From: Scyliorhinus canicula
Lineage: Eukaryota
Reading direction: 5' to 3'
DNA: 64,000 nt
Assembly: GCF_902713615.1 (NCBI RefSeq)
Contig: NC_052160.1
Span: 117,096,708-117,160,707, forward strand
The position numbers and the translations under genes were made by a program. The notes beneath the pieces were generated by a model. That model was not told the DNA's origin. It was given only the letters and a program-made list of their open reading frames with translations, and searched no databases. Below, in pieces: positions 25,109 to 38,278 of the stretch. Each line of letters opens with the position of its first letter. Within the stretch, counting starts at the first letter, position 1.

Positions 25109-25343
25109 GGGTGGAATGGTGACGCATTGGTTAGCACTGCTGCCTACGGCGCTGAGGACCCAGGTTCGATCCCGGCCTCGGGTCACTGTCTGTGTGGAGT
25201 TTACACCTTCTCCCTGTGACTGCGTGGGTTTCACCCCCACAACCCAAAGATGTGCATGTTAGGTGGATTGGCCATGCTAAATTGCCCCTTAATTGGAAAA
25301 GAAAATAATTGGGTACTCGAAAAAATGTTTTGAATTTTACAAA
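25109..25343 (+). mobile_element. V-SINE, short-tail subfamily
   Basis: B box GGTTCGATCCC and V-domain; degenerate TSD GGAAATTAGTCTGTTC / GGAAATTAAGCTATTC. Confidence 0.85.
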
Positions 25344-25689
25344 GGAAATTAAGCTATTCCCACCTTCGGCAGGAGCCACCACTGTGCTTGCTGGTCCCCT
25401 ACCTCATTGACATTGCATAGGAAAGCTGCCCGTGTTGCACACATTGTTCATTGAGGCCCTAAAAATTATCAGTACATGGTGCTAGGTAAAGGCTACCTTC
25501 ACATTTTAAAGCGGGGGATATTTCAGCTATTGAAACACTGAAATGAGCAATGGATTCTTAAGGCGTGACTGTAAATAGCTACTCTGAGAGCCCTGGTTCT
25601 CAGCTGCTGCATTTGGTGTCCTAATGGAGGGGATTCATGAGGTGAGGAGGTTTCTGTTCTAGCCAGAACACTAATTTGTTTTGAGACAA

Positions 25690-26340
25690 TTGGGCAGGAA
25701 CCAGTGGTGGCAGAGAAGATCCAAGCCAGAAGTGTTGCCTGTAGGACATGGCTGCAATGCCAGAAGAGGTTCAATGACCACGGCAGCGTCGCTGAGGTAG
25801 AACTGCAAACTGCAGTAGAACTGCAAACTCAGATGTTGTATTCTTCACCCCTCAATTGTGCACCACCTGCAGCCCCACTGCTCACAAGTGACCCCACTTT
25901 CTGTCACTCCACTGCAATTATTGAACCCCTGCTGCTCCAACTTACACATTCAAACCTGCTTATTTGCTCATTATTTGTGCCCTCACTTTGAACATGGCTC
26001 TTCCACTTTTCACACTGCATCTTCAGTCCTCCAAAAAAATACAAACGTTAAATTACCACCGTCATAGTGGGCTGAATTCTCCGTCGCGCCACATTTCTGC
26101 CTCGAACCGCCGGCGGGATTCTCCATTACGCCAGCCGGTCAATGGGGTTTCCCATTGTGGGGCCGTCGGGAAACACCCGGGTGCCGGAAAATCAGAGAAT
26201 CCCGTTGGCGGAGAATCCGGCCCATTCTTTCCTTTTTAGGACAAGGTGCCACATAATACAGGACAACAAATGCACACAGGATGAGGGAAAGACTACCCTA
26301 TGTCCTGTCCCTACTTGAGGAGGAGGCACCTGACATACAA
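25690..26340 (+). pseudogene. Older Harbinger Myb/SANT-like gene remnant (two exons)
   Basis: VAEKIQARSVACRTWLQCQKRFND, GT intron, acceptor CCTTTTTAG, then DKVPHN...TG*G...LEEEA. Confidence 0.65.
26069..26223. mobile_element. Short Harbinger-type MITE
   Basis: TIRs GGGCTGAATTCTCC / GGAGAATCCGGCCC. Confidence 0.8.
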
Positions 26341-26617
26341 GCACTCCAGTGATGCCACATCATGAGGCTTTCCAGTACCCCAGTTGGACAACACATACTT
26401 CACAATTTACCAATTTGTGATGAGAAGGGATACTTATGGAAGTGTTGGGATTTGGCATGGGTAGGATGCAGATTTCTTGGGGTCCGAATCCGGGAATACA
26501 GGAAACTTTGATGGTCTGCGTGATGTTGTTTGGAAGTTTGGCAGGGCTGTGGGTGAGGAGGGGGTGCCAGGAGTTTGAAACATTGAGAATCTGTCTGTCA
26601 TTTTTTTTTTTTTTTTT

Positions 26618-26953
26618 TAGAACAGTACAGCACAGAACAGGCCCTTCGGCCCTCAATGTTGTGCCGAGCCATGATCACCCTACTCAAACCCACGTATCCA
26701 CCCTATACCCGTAACCCAACAACCCCCCCTTAACCTTACTTTTTTTAGGACACTACGGGCAATTTAGCATGGCCAATCCACCTAACCCGCACATCTTTGG
26801 ACTGTGGGAGGAAACCGGAGCACCCGGAGGAAACCCACGCACACAGGGGGAGGACGTGCAGACTCCACACAGACAGTGACCCAGCCGGGAATCGAACCTG
26901 GGACCCTGGAGCTGTGAAGCATTTATGCTAACCACCATGCTACCCTGCTGCCC
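26618..26953 (-). mobile_element. V-SINE (HE1-like), young subfamily
   Basis: Near-identical to the copies at 3051 and 5926. Confidence 0.92.
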
Positions 26954-27312
26954 CCATTGTCGCAGGTTTTGGGGTGTGTCAGTGATTGGTAAATTCCTGG
27001 ACCATGCATGTACTGAGGACGGAGGACCTGGGCTCTGACGTAACATCGATGGAGGCTCTTGGTCCTGGCACCATTGGGATGGTGGTATTGCTTGCTGGTT
27101 CTGCTCCTGTGGAGCATGGGGCAGCAGGGAGGCAAGGGACATGGAAGTACTGATGGAGTAATGAGGTCTACAGCACTTGGATGGATGTCCCAAGATCTAG
27201 AAGTCCAAAGTCAACTCTTAAGTTCTAGGATGTGCAACAACTTGGAGGGTCTGACAATATTGGGACGGGGTAGTGCATGGTACTTCTTGGGGGTAGGCAA
27301 CAGGCAGATTTC

Positions 27313-28030
27313 GGGCGCGGTTAAACCAAACATTTCTATATCCGGTTTTGGGTGCGTATAGCGGGGTGTTTCTCGGAGCCTCCAGCACTGAGAAAGACCC
27401 TGCTTTCCAAAGGTACTTTGTCGTTTTCTTTGGCCTTGGTGAGGAACGCCCCATCTAGGCCGCACTTACATCATAGGAGACTACTCGCTGATCGGGGCAA
27501 ATCTTTCAACCCCCCCCCTCAGCGATCACACCGTTGTCTCCGAATCCGCCTACTTCACCCAACTTACCTCATCCAGGGTCTTCAAACCCCCCCCCACCCC
27601 CTCCTCATTCCACCTATTTTTGGCAAAACATCCCTCCCTGGCCTAACCCCTGGAACAGGCAATCTGGCACCGGGCACCTTGGCACTGTCAGCCTTGTGCC
27701 CATTTAATGCCCCTGCCTGAGTGGCACTGCTAGAGTTTCAAGGTGGCAGTGCCCAGGAGTTATGCTGGCAGTGCCAAGGTGCATGGGTGCCAGCAAGGCA
27801 CCAAGGGGTGGCCCCGCCTAATGCCAGACCACCCAGGGGTCTCTAATGACCTGGGAGACCACCCGAGGTATTACTGTATTATGACTGTCCACATTTGTGT
27901 GGCCCAGTGCTAAACGGCACTCTGGCGAGGTCTTGAGTTTTGAGTAGCATGAATCTCACGACAGGTCTCTCGCGAGATTCAATGACCTCGTCCTGACACC
28001 TAGTTGGACGCAGTGAGGCCATTGAATAGT
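27313..28030. mobile_element. Decayed GC-rich non-autonomous DNA transposon (Harbinger-like)
   Basis: GGGCGCGG start, internal GGCACTG/CAGTGCC repeats, TCTCGCGAGA motif also seen near 59.7 kb; ends poorly defined. Confidence 0.4.
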
Positions 28031-28164
28031 GTCTGTTGTTACCCTGGCTCTCTAGCATTTCTTCCATCTGCAATGCTCATGAGTCTGGGTCTAAAGCCAG
28101 TATATTTTAAAGCATGCATCACATCAATATTATATCTGCTGACTGAAGTAATCCTCATTAATGA

Positions 28165-28640
28165 AACAATCATTGATTGTTCTAAAAGCCCATCTGGTTC
28201 ACTGACACCCTTTAAGGAAGGAAATCTGCCATGCTTGTAATGTCCTTGTCGGATGGCCTGATTTATTATAAGAACACTTGTAGCTAAAGCTATAAACAAT
28301 TTATTAACATTAACTGTGGGTAAACTATATGCAAAACAACAGATGAATAACAGTAAAATCAAGCACAAGCAACCTCTCTTTTCAGCTTCCTCCAGCCAGT
28401 CTGAGGTCAGCTGGCTAACTTTCACTTACATACTAATGAGAATCTTCGTGGTCAGTCGGTGAACTACAAGACAACCATGATATGACTATAATCCTCATTT
28501 GGTCTGGCCTACATGTTACTCCAGACCTACAGCAATGTTATTGACCCTTAAATGCTCTCTGAAATGCCGAGCAAGCCATTCAGTTTGAGGACAACAAATG
28601 CTGGCCCAAACATTAATGCCCGCATCCCGTGAATTTATTT
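28165..28640 (+). mobile_element. SINE of the 15163 family, split by a solo LTR
   Basis: CCCATCTGGTTCACT...GGAAATCTGCC | ...GGTCTGGCCTACATG...ATGCCCGCATCCCGTGAA. Confidence 0.8.
28236..28490 (-). mobile_element. Solo LTR inserted in a SINE
   Basis: Starts TGTAA and ends TATA (likely from TACA); 5-bp TSD ATGCT/ATCCT; the SINE sequence rejoins when it is removed. Confidence 0.7.
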
Positions 28641-29097
28641 TTTAAAGCGCATGGTAAAGTACAGTTTTGTAACATAAGTAAATAAACACTCACACTAACA
28701 TCTGACAGTAAGGAAAGCTGTCCTATAGGTGAAAAAACTAGCCTTTTACCACATAGAAAATAGTGCTATTGAGAGAAAAGCTGGTATTTAATCAAAATGG
28801 AGAGCGTTCTCAGAATGAGGATGCGACTCACATGGAAACCAGTTGCATAAGATTTTTTCCTTTTACCACAACATTACTGACAAAAAAGGTAGGTAGTAGA
28901 GCAGTGAACTTAGATAAGCTGAACGGTCTTACCTCACCCTTAATTTTTCGAATGTTCAAAAATGATGCAACCTGCTGCTGATGAAAACAGCATCTTGGAA
29001 CTTGCCTGTGATATAATTATAATAAGAATGAGGCTGGATCTACCTTTGCCAAATTCTCAATCCTTAATCTTCTTTTGAATGGGTAGGTAATACGATA

Positions 29098-29390
29098 TAA
29101 TAATAATCGTTATTAATATCACAAGTAGGCAGACATTAACACTGCAATGAAGTTACTGGGAAAATCCCCTAGTCACCACACTCCAGCGCCTCTTTGGGCA
29201 CACGGAGGGAGAATTCAGAATGTCACCTAGCAAGCACGTCTTTCGGGACTTGTGGGAGGAACCTGGAGCACCCAGAGGAAACCCACGCAGAAACAGGAGA
29301 ATGTGCAGACTCCGCACAGCCAGTGACCCAAGCCACGGTCCCTGGTGTCATGAAGCAACAGTGCTAACCACTGCATTACCATGCCACCCC
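29098..29390 (-). mobile_element. V-SINE with (TAA)n tail
   Basis: V-domain plus tail CACAAGTAGGC...ACTGCAATGAAGTTAC. Confidence 0.85.
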
Positions 29391-29619
29391 TACGGGCATA
29401 TCACAGAGAAGAAACAATTAAACATGCATTAAAGAAACTAAACATTAGCCCTGCAACATTAACGAGGAGTCTCAGAACATTTGAGGAGAAAGTTTGATTC
29501 TTGCTTATAACTGGTGTGTTCTGCTATAGATCTGTGTTAGTCTGGAAGTAAAAATGTGTGTTCGTGTTTATGAAAAGCTGTAGTAGGTTGACATGATTGT
29601 TCAGCATTGAAAACTACAC

Positions 29620-30070
29620 GCACCATTCACTTTGAGGAATTGAATGGGATAATGAACAGTTGTGAAGACAAGTCAACGTGGAGAATCAAAAGAAGCTGGG
29701 ATTGTTCTCCTGGGAGCAGAGGCGTTTAAGGTGACATTTAATATAGTTTTTCAAAATAATGAAAGGTTTCTGTGAAATAAATAAGGAGAAACTATTTTCA
29801 CTGGTGGGAGTGTCAGTAAGCAAAGGACAGTGCATTAAAGTAATTAACAGAAGAATCAGAGCGGAGAAATTGAGTTATTCTTTCGCATGAAAAGTTGTTA
29901 CAATCTGCAGATTCAATAGTAACTTTCTAACAGATATAACATTGATAAGGGAAATTTGCATAGCAGTGGGATAAAAGCAAGCCATTTGATTCGAGCAAAT
30001 TGCCGAATTCTTTCAAAAAGCTGTCATTGACAAAGCAGCCCAATTGGCCTCCTTCTGTGGTAAATGATTC
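29620..30070 (+). mobile_element. Old CR1-type 3' fragment
   Basis: AGAAGCTGGGATTGTTCTCC, GGAGAAACTATTTTCACTGGTGG and tail TGGCCTCCTTCTGTG. Confidence 0.65.
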
Positions 30071-30524
30071 GACAGCTGAATTTTAATTCCAGGGTCTCAA
30101 TCCCGATACCGGGCTGAATTCTGGATTGGAAATCCAGAGGTGACCATGGCAACGTCTGGAGGGGATTTTGGAGGAGATGACCCGTCTAAATAGTGATGGT
30201 GAGGAAAGCTTGAAGGTCCAATAGGAGCACCTAAGTCTCTGGGCAGCAGGCAGTCCCATCGAGAGAGGTGGGCGCTGCAGATGTAGGTGGGAATCTGAGA
30301 GGGGGTCTGAAGATTTGTAAGTGTTTCAGAATAAAACATGACCACAACTGTCAGGCCATCATTGCAAAGTGGGGAGCCTCTCCACAGAATAGCCCGCCAC
30401 GGTGGGCGTGTCCCACACAGCCAGCAGACCCATTATGGGCTGCTGTGCAGGATGCATCTCATTTGGGGTCTTGTTCACTGTCGGAAAAAAACAGCCGGCA
30501 TGTAAAGGGTGCCCTGATTAGTTA

Positions 30525-31672
30525 TTTTTACAGCACAGAACGAGGCTATTCGGCCCATCGTGTCCGCACCGGCTCCCAAAAGAGCTACTCAGCTAGTCCC
30601 ATTCTCCAGCCCTATCTCCGTAGCCCTCTCAATTAATCTCTTTCAGATATGTATCCAACTCTCTTGAGTAAAGAAGTTTCTCCTCATCTCACTCCCACCT
30701 CTCTTTCTGACCATCATGAAATTGTGACCCCTAGTCACTGACATACCAACTAGTGGAAACAGCATATCCTTTTTCTCCTGTTAAACTTTTTCATAATTCT
30801 GAACACCTCAATAAGGTCACGTCTTAACCTTCTCTGCTTCGAGGAGAACCAGCCCAATTTCTCCAATCTTTCCTTGTATCTAAAATTCCTCATTCCCGGT
30901 ATCATTCTACCAAATCTCCTCTGCACTCTCTCCGGGGCTTTAACATCCTTTCAAAAATAAGGTGCCCAGAACTGAACACAACACTCCAAATGTGGTCTGA
31001 CCAATGATTTGTAGAGTTGCAGCATCACTTCCTTGCTTTTATACGTTATGCTTCTATTTATGTACCCAAGAATGCTATAACCCTTCTTAACAATTGTTTC
31101 AACTTGCCTGGCCACCTTCAGAGCATTATGCTCTTGAACCCCAAGGTCCCTCTGCTCCTGCACTCCCCTCAAAGTTGTACCATTGAGCCTATATTGCTTA
31201 CCCATGTTTCTTCTACCAAAATACATTACCTCACATTTTGCTACATTGAAGTTCATCTGCCAGGTGTCTGCCCATTTGGCCAACTTGTCAATGTCCCTCT
31301 GAAGTCGCTCAGCGTCATCCTCACAATTCACTTTTCTCCCTAGCTTAATACCACGTACAAATTTAGAGATTTTGTCCTCAACACCCACCTCTAAATGATT
31401 TATATAAAGCAGAAAAAACAAGGGTCCCAACACTGAGCCCTGGGGAACACCACTTTCAACTCGTCTCCAGTCTGAGAAATGCTCATCTATACTTACCCTC
31501 TGTTTCTGATCTCTCAGCCAACTTCTAATCCATGCTGCCCATCATTCCCAAACATTTTTAATTTGCTAACCAACCTGCCATGTGTCACCATATCAAATGC
31601 TTTCTGAAAGTCCAAATATACAACATCCACAGCACTACCTTCATCCACTGCCTGTATCACCTCATCAAAGAA
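30525..31672 (-). pseudogene. CR1-type LINE ORF2 RT region to 3' end
   Basis: AVDVVYLDFQKAFDMVTHGRL, SGVPQGSVLGPLFFLLYIN, LQRDIDKL.KWA..WQM.FN..KC, LYKSLVRPHLE.CVQFWAPY; the FADD motif has decayed to FVRG. Confidence 0.92.
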
Positions 31673-31681
31673 CACTGACTC

Positions 31682-34650
31682 TGCCGTCCAGACTTTAGTG
31701 CTCACAGAAGTTTCAGGTTAAAAAGTGTAATGAAAATGATTTGTTGTTAAAGAAAACTATTTACTGGTCACTATTCAGGTCCCAACCTTGCCTTCCCTGC
31801 CCAGACTCCTATCTGTGCCAACTTTTACGTACATGTCAATTACCCTGCTGATGCGCCTCCACCCTTTAGCGTGGGAGCTCGTATTCCACAAGGCTTATGG
31901 GGAGGGTAATTGGTCCCTCCCTGTAGGTCACATGAGGGTCTGAAGACCCGTCTGAGGAAGGTGGAGCAGGAGGGCGCCTGCACTTCTTTGCCCGCGGCTG
32001 CACTTCCAACGCCTATGAGGCCGGGTCGGTGGGGACGTATATTGTGCCACTGAATGCCGCTTTCTTGCTGACTTGATCCCCAGCTTGATCGACGTCAGAA
32101 ACATCCAAAAGCTGGGTCTCCATATCAAGTTGGAGTCAATGACATCTCATCTTGGTGTCAAGCTCACCAAGGGGCGACGCCCCAAAACTTGTCTGGGTCG
32201 GGGCAATGTGTTTCTCAGCTGGTTCCTCCAGACGAGCAGGCTCAATGCTAGTCTCCTGTCCCTGAGGTGGTCCAAATGTTTCCTCATTGTCTGTTCTTGC
32301 ATCCGCACCAGGTTTGACAATGCCATGTGTGAAAAGAGAGACAAAGTTTTTCATTTGCTGCTCTCGATGTGGTGAAGGGCATCTTGTGGACCACCAGTTA
32401 CTTGGAATGTGCTTCTACTATCAGCAGAACTAGAATCCCTGGAAAGGCTACTGAAATCAGCCTGAAGATACCCAGGCCACCCAGCCATTCCCACGGATGA
32501 AGTTGCGTGGCGGGCGGGGCTTTTGCTGCTCTTGGCAGATGTCGCACTGTTGGGCCAGCCCTTCAATTTCTCCATCCAGCCTCGTCACCACAAATAACTA
32601 CGGCCAGCATTTTCATGTTTGAGGCACGCCGGTGTCCGTTGTGTAGATACTGTAGTGCAGGACCACCACACGGGCCACCCCCAGGAGAATGCCATCCTCA
32701 ACACTGAGCTCCAATATCTTGGTTGCAAAGGCCTGCAAGCCGTCGGACAGCTTTTGGTACTGATGGCCATATAATACCACATGGCGGACTTTTGTCAATA
32801 TGGGGTCTTTTTGCTTCCAATCGCGGATCTGGGCAGCAGCAAGGTATCCATGAAATTCAGTGTGGCAACTGCTTTGTCAGTTCTTGGAGGAGACGGGGGG
32901 TTGGGTGGCGGTCAGCAGCGGGAGCCTGCTCAAGGCACCTGCATTCGAAATCTACATCCCGGCTCACATGTATGTTTTTGTGCGCCGCTAATATTAAGGC
33001 CTATTTTTGATCCTGGCAGACACGATGGAATTGCCTTGTCTTCCTTAAAGAGTCTCAGTAACGGCTTGTGGTCCATCACGATCATAACGTGACATCCACA
33101 TACATACTGGTGGAGCTTTTTCACCGCGAGCACTACTGCAAACCCTTCTTTTCAATCTGAGCGTAATTACGCTCTGTCGCAGCTAGTGTCCTGGATGCGA
33201 ATGCAATTGGCCGCTCTCTACCATTGTCCATGCGGTGTGACAACACGGCACCAATGCACAATGGTTTGGTGTCAACAGGCCGGACAACGTCAACTGTCTT
33301 TTTACCTGGGCAAAAGTTTCCTCCTGAGGTGTTCTCCATGCCCACTCCCGGTGCTTTTTCAGCAGGGCATGTAGGGTGCCAGGAATAAACTTCCTGTAAT
33401 CATTTACAAGTCCTAAAAAGAAGTGTAGTTCCATTGCATTTGCCAAAGTGGTAGCTCGTCGAATCCCTCGCACCTTCTCCTCTACCAGGTGCAGTCCATC
33501 CAGGTCCAGGCAGTATCCCAAGTAGATGACCTCCTTCGGGTGGAAAACACATTTCTCCCTCTTGAGGCAGATGCCAGTTCCATAAAATTGGCAGAGGAGG
33601 TTGCTCAGATGTTTTCGCCTGTGGCTCTGGGACATTGTCCAAATGCACCGCCACATACAACAGCCCTCATGAGATGTTTTCCATGATGCATTGACAAATG
33701 TCGTAAGCTGACGAGACTCCAAATTGCAGCCTTGTACACTCGTAATGTCCCCTGTGCGAATTAATAGTCACATAACATCTGGACTCTGGGTCCAGCTCCA
33801 GCTGGAGATATGTGTAGCTTATATCAAGCTTAGTAAACAAATGACCCTCAGCCAATTGCATGTAGAAATGTTCCATTGATGGCATCGGGTGCCTGTCCAA
33901 TTGGGAGGCCTTATTCACAGTTAACTTATAGTCACCGCACATTCAAACTGCTTAGTTTGGCATAAGTACGGGGTCTACCAGTGCTTCTCAATCAACGAAC
34001 CATACCAACCGGATGATGCCGAGGCTCTCTAGATGGCCGAGTTCCACCTCAACCTTCAACAGCAGTGTGTAGGCAACCAGGCAGGCACGGCTATGCTTCA
34101 GCGTCCAAATGTATTTTGGCCGTGTTGCCCTTGATCTTCTCCAAGTCTGCTTGAAAAACCACAGGGTGCTTTCCCAACACTCGTATCCTCCTCCGGTGCA
34201 CATCCGAAAGATCCATTGCCAATCCAGACGGAGGCGTTGCAGTCAATCGCGACCAAGTGGTCTCGCTCCAGAGTCCTTCACTCTCATTGCAGCTGAATGT
34301 ATCGCTGCCCATAGGTCACTGGGGTTATCATTGTCCCTGCTATGATCAGGGGTTCCCCTGTATAGGTTGCCAGTCTAGCCTCTGTGTCCCGCAGACTTAA
34401 CCATTGCGTTTCTGGTCCTAATCTTCTCGAATGTTTGGTCTCTGGGTTGGCATCTGTACCCGGGTAGAGTGGCATGTCGGCTGACTGCCCTAGGGTTTTC
34501 TTTCCCTGCGGCTGCTCCGTCCACAAGTGCCGTAACATCTGGGGTCGCCCTCTACCAATTTGGGAGGGAGTCCTGCCTGATCTTCGTGGCCCCAGGCCCA
34601 CCGACCTGGTCTCCGCGGTGCACGTACAGTAATACTTCCGGCAGAAGATC
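31682..34650 (-). mobile_element. Decayed Gypsy element related to 38279-43016 (probable 3' LTR ~31682-31930)
   Basis: CGDYKLTVN..QLDRHPMP, FGVSSA, LKREKCVF, IGAVLSHRMDNGRERPIAFASRTL..ERNYAQIEK, MDHKPLL; many frameshifts and deletions. Confidence 0.85.
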
Positions 34651-34924
34651 ACATGACATTTTTAAGATATTAGTCTGGGCGTATGCTTAGCCTACCATGT
34701 GATGAACTAGTAACTGGTAACTTGTAGCGTTGACAGAGCAAGTATGCCTCAGCAATGCTATTTAAAGGGTTAATCAACAACAAACAGGTTAGCAGTTGGT
34801 TTATTCTTTTAGGTTGTTGACGTGCTGGCCTATTTTCGGCCTTCAACACCTGATTCTTAAACTTCAACACAAAGTTTTCAATGGTGCTGGACTGCTTTTG
34901 CCCACTTCCAAATGGTTTCACGAC

Positions 34925-35780
34925 AATCTATCTCCATAACATCTCCTGACTCTGCCATGTCACAACTCAGCTGTGCTGAAACCCACACCTACGCCTGTTA
35001 CCTCTTGACTTGATTATTCTAATACATTCAGAGGTGGTTAGTGTTATTTCAAGACCATACTTAAAAATTATTCACATCTTATCACCTAAAATATCCCTCC
35101 TGCCTTCCACCGTCCACAAACTTAGGGTTATCCAAATCTTCGCTATCGCAGCTCTAATGCACCAGAATGTATATACATCTGTGCTTACTGACTCTGTTGG
35201 CTCCTGGTCCAGCAATGCCTTCACTTTAACATTTTCATCTTGTTTTCAAATTTATCCATGGCCTTGTCCCTCCCTGGCCTGTAACATCCAAAGATGTGCA
35301 GGTGAAGTGGCCATGATATATTGTCCCTTATTGTCCAAAGATATGCAGGTTAGGTGGGATTACAGGGTTACAGGGACACTGCGGTGGAGTGGACCTAGGT
35401 AGGGTGCTCTTTCTGAGGGTCAGTCCAGACCCGATGGGCTGAGTGACCTCCTTCTGCACTGTAGGGAATCTATGTGATATCCTCTAAGATCTTTGTACTC
35501 TGGCCTCATGGAGCACACCCTCCTCCCCCGACCCAGATTTTAATCAGTACATCATTGGCAGCCATGCCTTCAATGGCCTAGACCCTAAACCCTGAAATTT
35601 CTTCCCAAAACCTCTCTGTCTCTCTTTACCTCTGTCTTCTCATTTAGGACATGCCCTATAACAAAAATAACTTTTAACAAAGTTTTCAAACATCTGTTCC
35701 AATCTCTCCGTCTGTGGCTGGTTGTCAGATTTAGTTTTCCATGCAAACGCAAGTTGTTGCTGTTACCTTTGGAGCAGGGG
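34925..35780 (+). mobile_element. L2-type LINE 3' region, interrupted by a 70-bp templated insert and a partial V-SINE (~35288-35475)
   Basis: CATAACATC...GCTGAAACCC...GTTACCTCTTGACTTGATTATTCTAAT (VTS.LDYSN-like), CACAAACTT...ATCCAAA, ATTGGCAGCCATGCCTTCA. Confidence 0.75.
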
Positions 35781-36753
35781 GGCAAACAGGACTACAAACA
35801 AGACAAGAGCTGCAGGACATGGGAGAAGAGGGAAGGGGTGGACAGTGCTGTAAGCATTTCCTAATGGCAAATTGGTGAGGGGATGAATTGACCCTCTTAA
35901 TGTAGCATTTCACTTCCTTAAATATTATTTGCTATTTTAATGAAACACACGTGGTGGTTCACTGAGAATCAATTGGTAGGGATTTTCCCCAATGAGTCCC
36001 TGTGCCGTCATCTGAATCTTCCAAAGTCATCATTATTGAGAGTAATTGCAATGTGATAGCATTGCTATCTCATCAACCCATTTTCTGTTCAACAGTAAAA
36101 TGGGAAGTTCAATTAAATTTCAATTTGAAATGATAGATATAGATTTTGGAATGGTAATCAGATTACAATTTTGCAGTATGTTTCCTCAGGCTGAACACAC
36201 AGCCATATTTTAGGTGATAAGATGTGAATAATTTTTAAGTATGGTCTTGAAATAACACTAACCACCTCTGAATGGTATTAAGTAAACACTGCTGGAATGA
36301 AAGTTTTATTATTGAGGTGCCAACTGATCATAGTGGCAAGCAAAGGTTGCCATTGAGTGTCAAAAGAGATTGCTGTCAACACATGATGTAAATGTAGATA
36401 TTTTCTCCCAGTCTGATTCTGAAATGAAACTATTTTGACACAAGTAATGTGTAGATTTGTTCACAACGTTTTCCCTTCCAAACACCTCCTTTCCTTCTCA
36501 GGAAAGGCTCAGTTCAGGAGAAAATATCTCTTTTACTTTTCCGCCTTCCCCTCTTCTCCTCTTTCTCCTCTCATTTTTCTTTCCCAGCTTTCCGAACTGG
36601 GAATTCATATTCACAGCTTGTTTTCTCCAGTTCCTTATTCTAGAGGAACAGAAGTAAGTCGTCGAACATTCATCAACTTCTCTGCTGAGATCAGGCCTTC
36701 ATCAATTGTACTTTTTTTTAATGATCCCAAAGTCGACGTTGTCCAAAGGTAAT

Positions 36754-36890
36754 GGGCTGGATTCTCCGCCGGCGGCATGCTCCATTTACCCAGCAGCCCG
36801 GGGGTTTCCCAACGGCGTGGGGCTGCCCCACAATGGGAAACCCCATTGACCAGCTGGCAGGGTGAAACAGAAAGATGGAGAATCCAGCCC
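36754..36890. mobile_element. 137-bp Harbinger-type MITE
   Basis: Perfect 14-bp TIR GGGCTGGATTCTCC / GGAGAATCCAGCCC; 3-bp TSD AAT on both sides. Confidence 0.92.
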
Positions 36891-37074
36891 AATCTCTTTC
36901 GTTACACAGTTGAATTCAGAAAAATAAGTGTTGGTTTGCTGAAACACGTCGTGCTTGGATCAGGATTCCTGTAAAGTTCTCACATAATGGTTTATCATGT
37001 TCATGCTTCCATCCATTGAAATACACCTGCTAAATAAAGTCTAAATAAAGCTATTCTCAACCCAGAAATATCAG

Positions 37075-37917
37075 GGGCTGGATTCCCCGTCTTGAGAGTA
37101 CACTGGGGCAGAATTCATGGACTTTCACGACAGCAGAACTGGCCCCAAACTTGGATCAATTCAGCACCTGTGGAGGGACTAGGGGCGGCGCCACGTGGAA
37201 CACAATCAATTCCAATGCAAAAAGGTGCAGGATTCGCCGTGTCCATGATTGGTACTCGCAAGGCTGACAAGTCGCAGCTGCATATACACACATTACTATC
37301 CCTACACACACACATACTAGCCAACAAGATGGCACTGGAGGGTGCCCATGCAGCTTATGGGTCGAGAAGGGCCAGAGGGCACAAACAGGGGTGGTTGGGG
37401 GGACACCTATACAACCCATGGCCCTAAGTTCACAGTGGCTGCTTTGCCAGCTGTGGCAATGATGTTCCGTGCCTGTCCACTCCGACCCCACAGCCCAGCT
37501 CTTGCCCAGCCTCCTGCAACTCCCCTCAGCCCTGGCAGAGGCCCCCCTGGCCAGTGGCACAACTGTCAGAAAACTATGGCGATGTTGGACACTTTCCACA
37601 CCTTCTCTCTCTCCCTCAACAGCCACAACAACGCTTTCATGATCTTTAAAAGCACAAGTGAACCGCGCCGTTGGGAACTCTGCCCATCGGAAGCGGAGCA
37701 TCGTGGAGGCCACGGAGAATACTGGTCGGGCCTGCTAATGACATGCAAATGGTGTTTACTGTACGTGCTTTCCGGACTGCATTGACAACACTGTGGAGGT
37801 GACAGAGAATTGCGATTTGGCGTCAAATCGCCGTCCGCCACAATTTGGTCGTTGGAACCAATTCTCCGCCCAATCACCTTTCGCGATTTTGTCATCAGCC
37901 AATGGAGAATCCCATCC
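37075..37917. mobile_element. Harbinger-type MITE
   Basis: TIRs GGGCTGGATTCCCC / GGAGAATCCCATCC; GC-rich body. Confidence 0.72.
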
Positions 37918-38278
37918 TGGGCATTTTCTCTGTTTTGCCTTTTCAGGTGAAAAAGAGCTTGACGTCATCGTTAGGTGCAAAATATCATTGCTTAAAAAGG
38001 TATTTGTTAGCAAACATAATGAAAATATAATACAGGACATTTTTGATTAAATTGCAAATTTATTCTAGTGGTATAAATAATCCTGCCTAATAATCCTGTG
38101 TAATAAGTGAATGTCAGGTTGTCTGAGTGCCTGAAACATTGGCACTAACGCTTCATATCAAGTCACTTCTTGTCAAGTTCCTCCAATCCAGATTTGGACT
38201 GACCTATAGCACCTAAACAGCTCTGGACAAAGTCATGATTAGCATCCTATGTGACACTGACTGTAATTTGTTGCTTCC

